Shown here: positions 63,636-64,000 of the stretch, piece after piece
Layout: each line of letters begins with the position of its first letter
Position numbering within the stretch: position 1 is the first letter of the stretch
Assembly (NCBI RefSeq): GCF_037042905.1
Contig: NC_087245.1
Span: forward strand, 26,414,001-26,478,000
Length of the DNA: 64,000 nt
Direction of reading: 5' to 3'
Source: Lytechinus pictus
Taxonomy: Eukaryota
The notes under the pieces: model-generated
Database searches by the model: none
Told to the model about the DNA's origin: nothing
Seen by the model: only the letters and a program-made list of their open reading frames with translations
Made by a program: the position numbers and the translations under genes

Positions 63636-64000
63636 TGCTGTTGTAGGCAAGTTGTTGATTGTACAGACTAAAGACGGAAAATGCTTTGGAAGACACTTGT
63701 CTTATGGCCCACTGCAATGATGCCAGAGACATCATGAAAGAACTGCATGTGTGAAATTGATGTCATTGTGTTTGATGGCATTCTGGACAGCTGTATCTTG
63801 GCATTGCTATTGTCAGCAAGTTGTTGATTGTAGAGACTAAAGACAGAAAATGCTTTGGAAGCCACTTTTGTACGGGCACATTGCAATGATGCAAGAGACA
63901 TGAAAGAACTGCATGTGTGAAATTGATTTCATTGTGTTTGATGGCATCCTGGACAGCTGTATCTTGGCATTGCTGTTGTCAGCAATTTGTTGATTGTAGA
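63628..64000. repeat. ~168-bp tandem repeat upstream of and overlapping the Tc1 start codon
   Basis: CTTGGCATTGCT[G/A]TTGT...GTTGATTGTA at 63628, 63797 and 63964. Confidence 0.85.

Larger units (their letters stand above)
62340..64000 (-). mobile_element. Tc1/mariner transposon (other end beyond window)
   Basis: TA|CACTACTCAAAAAAAGTTAAGG terminus typical of Tc1 elements, downstream of a Tc1 transposase gene. Confidence 0.85.

Overview
AT-rich, intron-containing animal DNA; the repeat families suggest a sea urchin, but that is inference. Positions 1-~24.7 kb hold the last eight coding exons and long 3' UTR of a SPATS2-family gene (+ strand), with MITEs, SINEs and LINE remnants in between. Positions 27487-60423 are one ~33-kb CACTA/EnSpm (CMC)-type DNA transposon. 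It has 28-bp TIRs (CCCAGG...CCTGGG), a 2-bp GG target duplication and long subterminal repeat arrays (22-bp units left, 29-bp units right). It carries two divergently transcribed spliced genes: an apparently intact ~1027-aa DDE transposase (+) and a 421-aa BEN-domain protein resembling vertebrate BEND5 along its whole length (-). The first exon of the BEN gene is split by a 6.4-kb foldback Mutator-like insertion with a 9-bp TSD, which itself contains a hAT element. The whole transposon sits inside a small MITE with a 9-bp TSD, giving four levels of nesting. The window ends in a Tc1 element with an intact DD34E transposase, inserted into a Helentron-like repeat. Protein family assignments come from my recognition of motifs, not from database searches.
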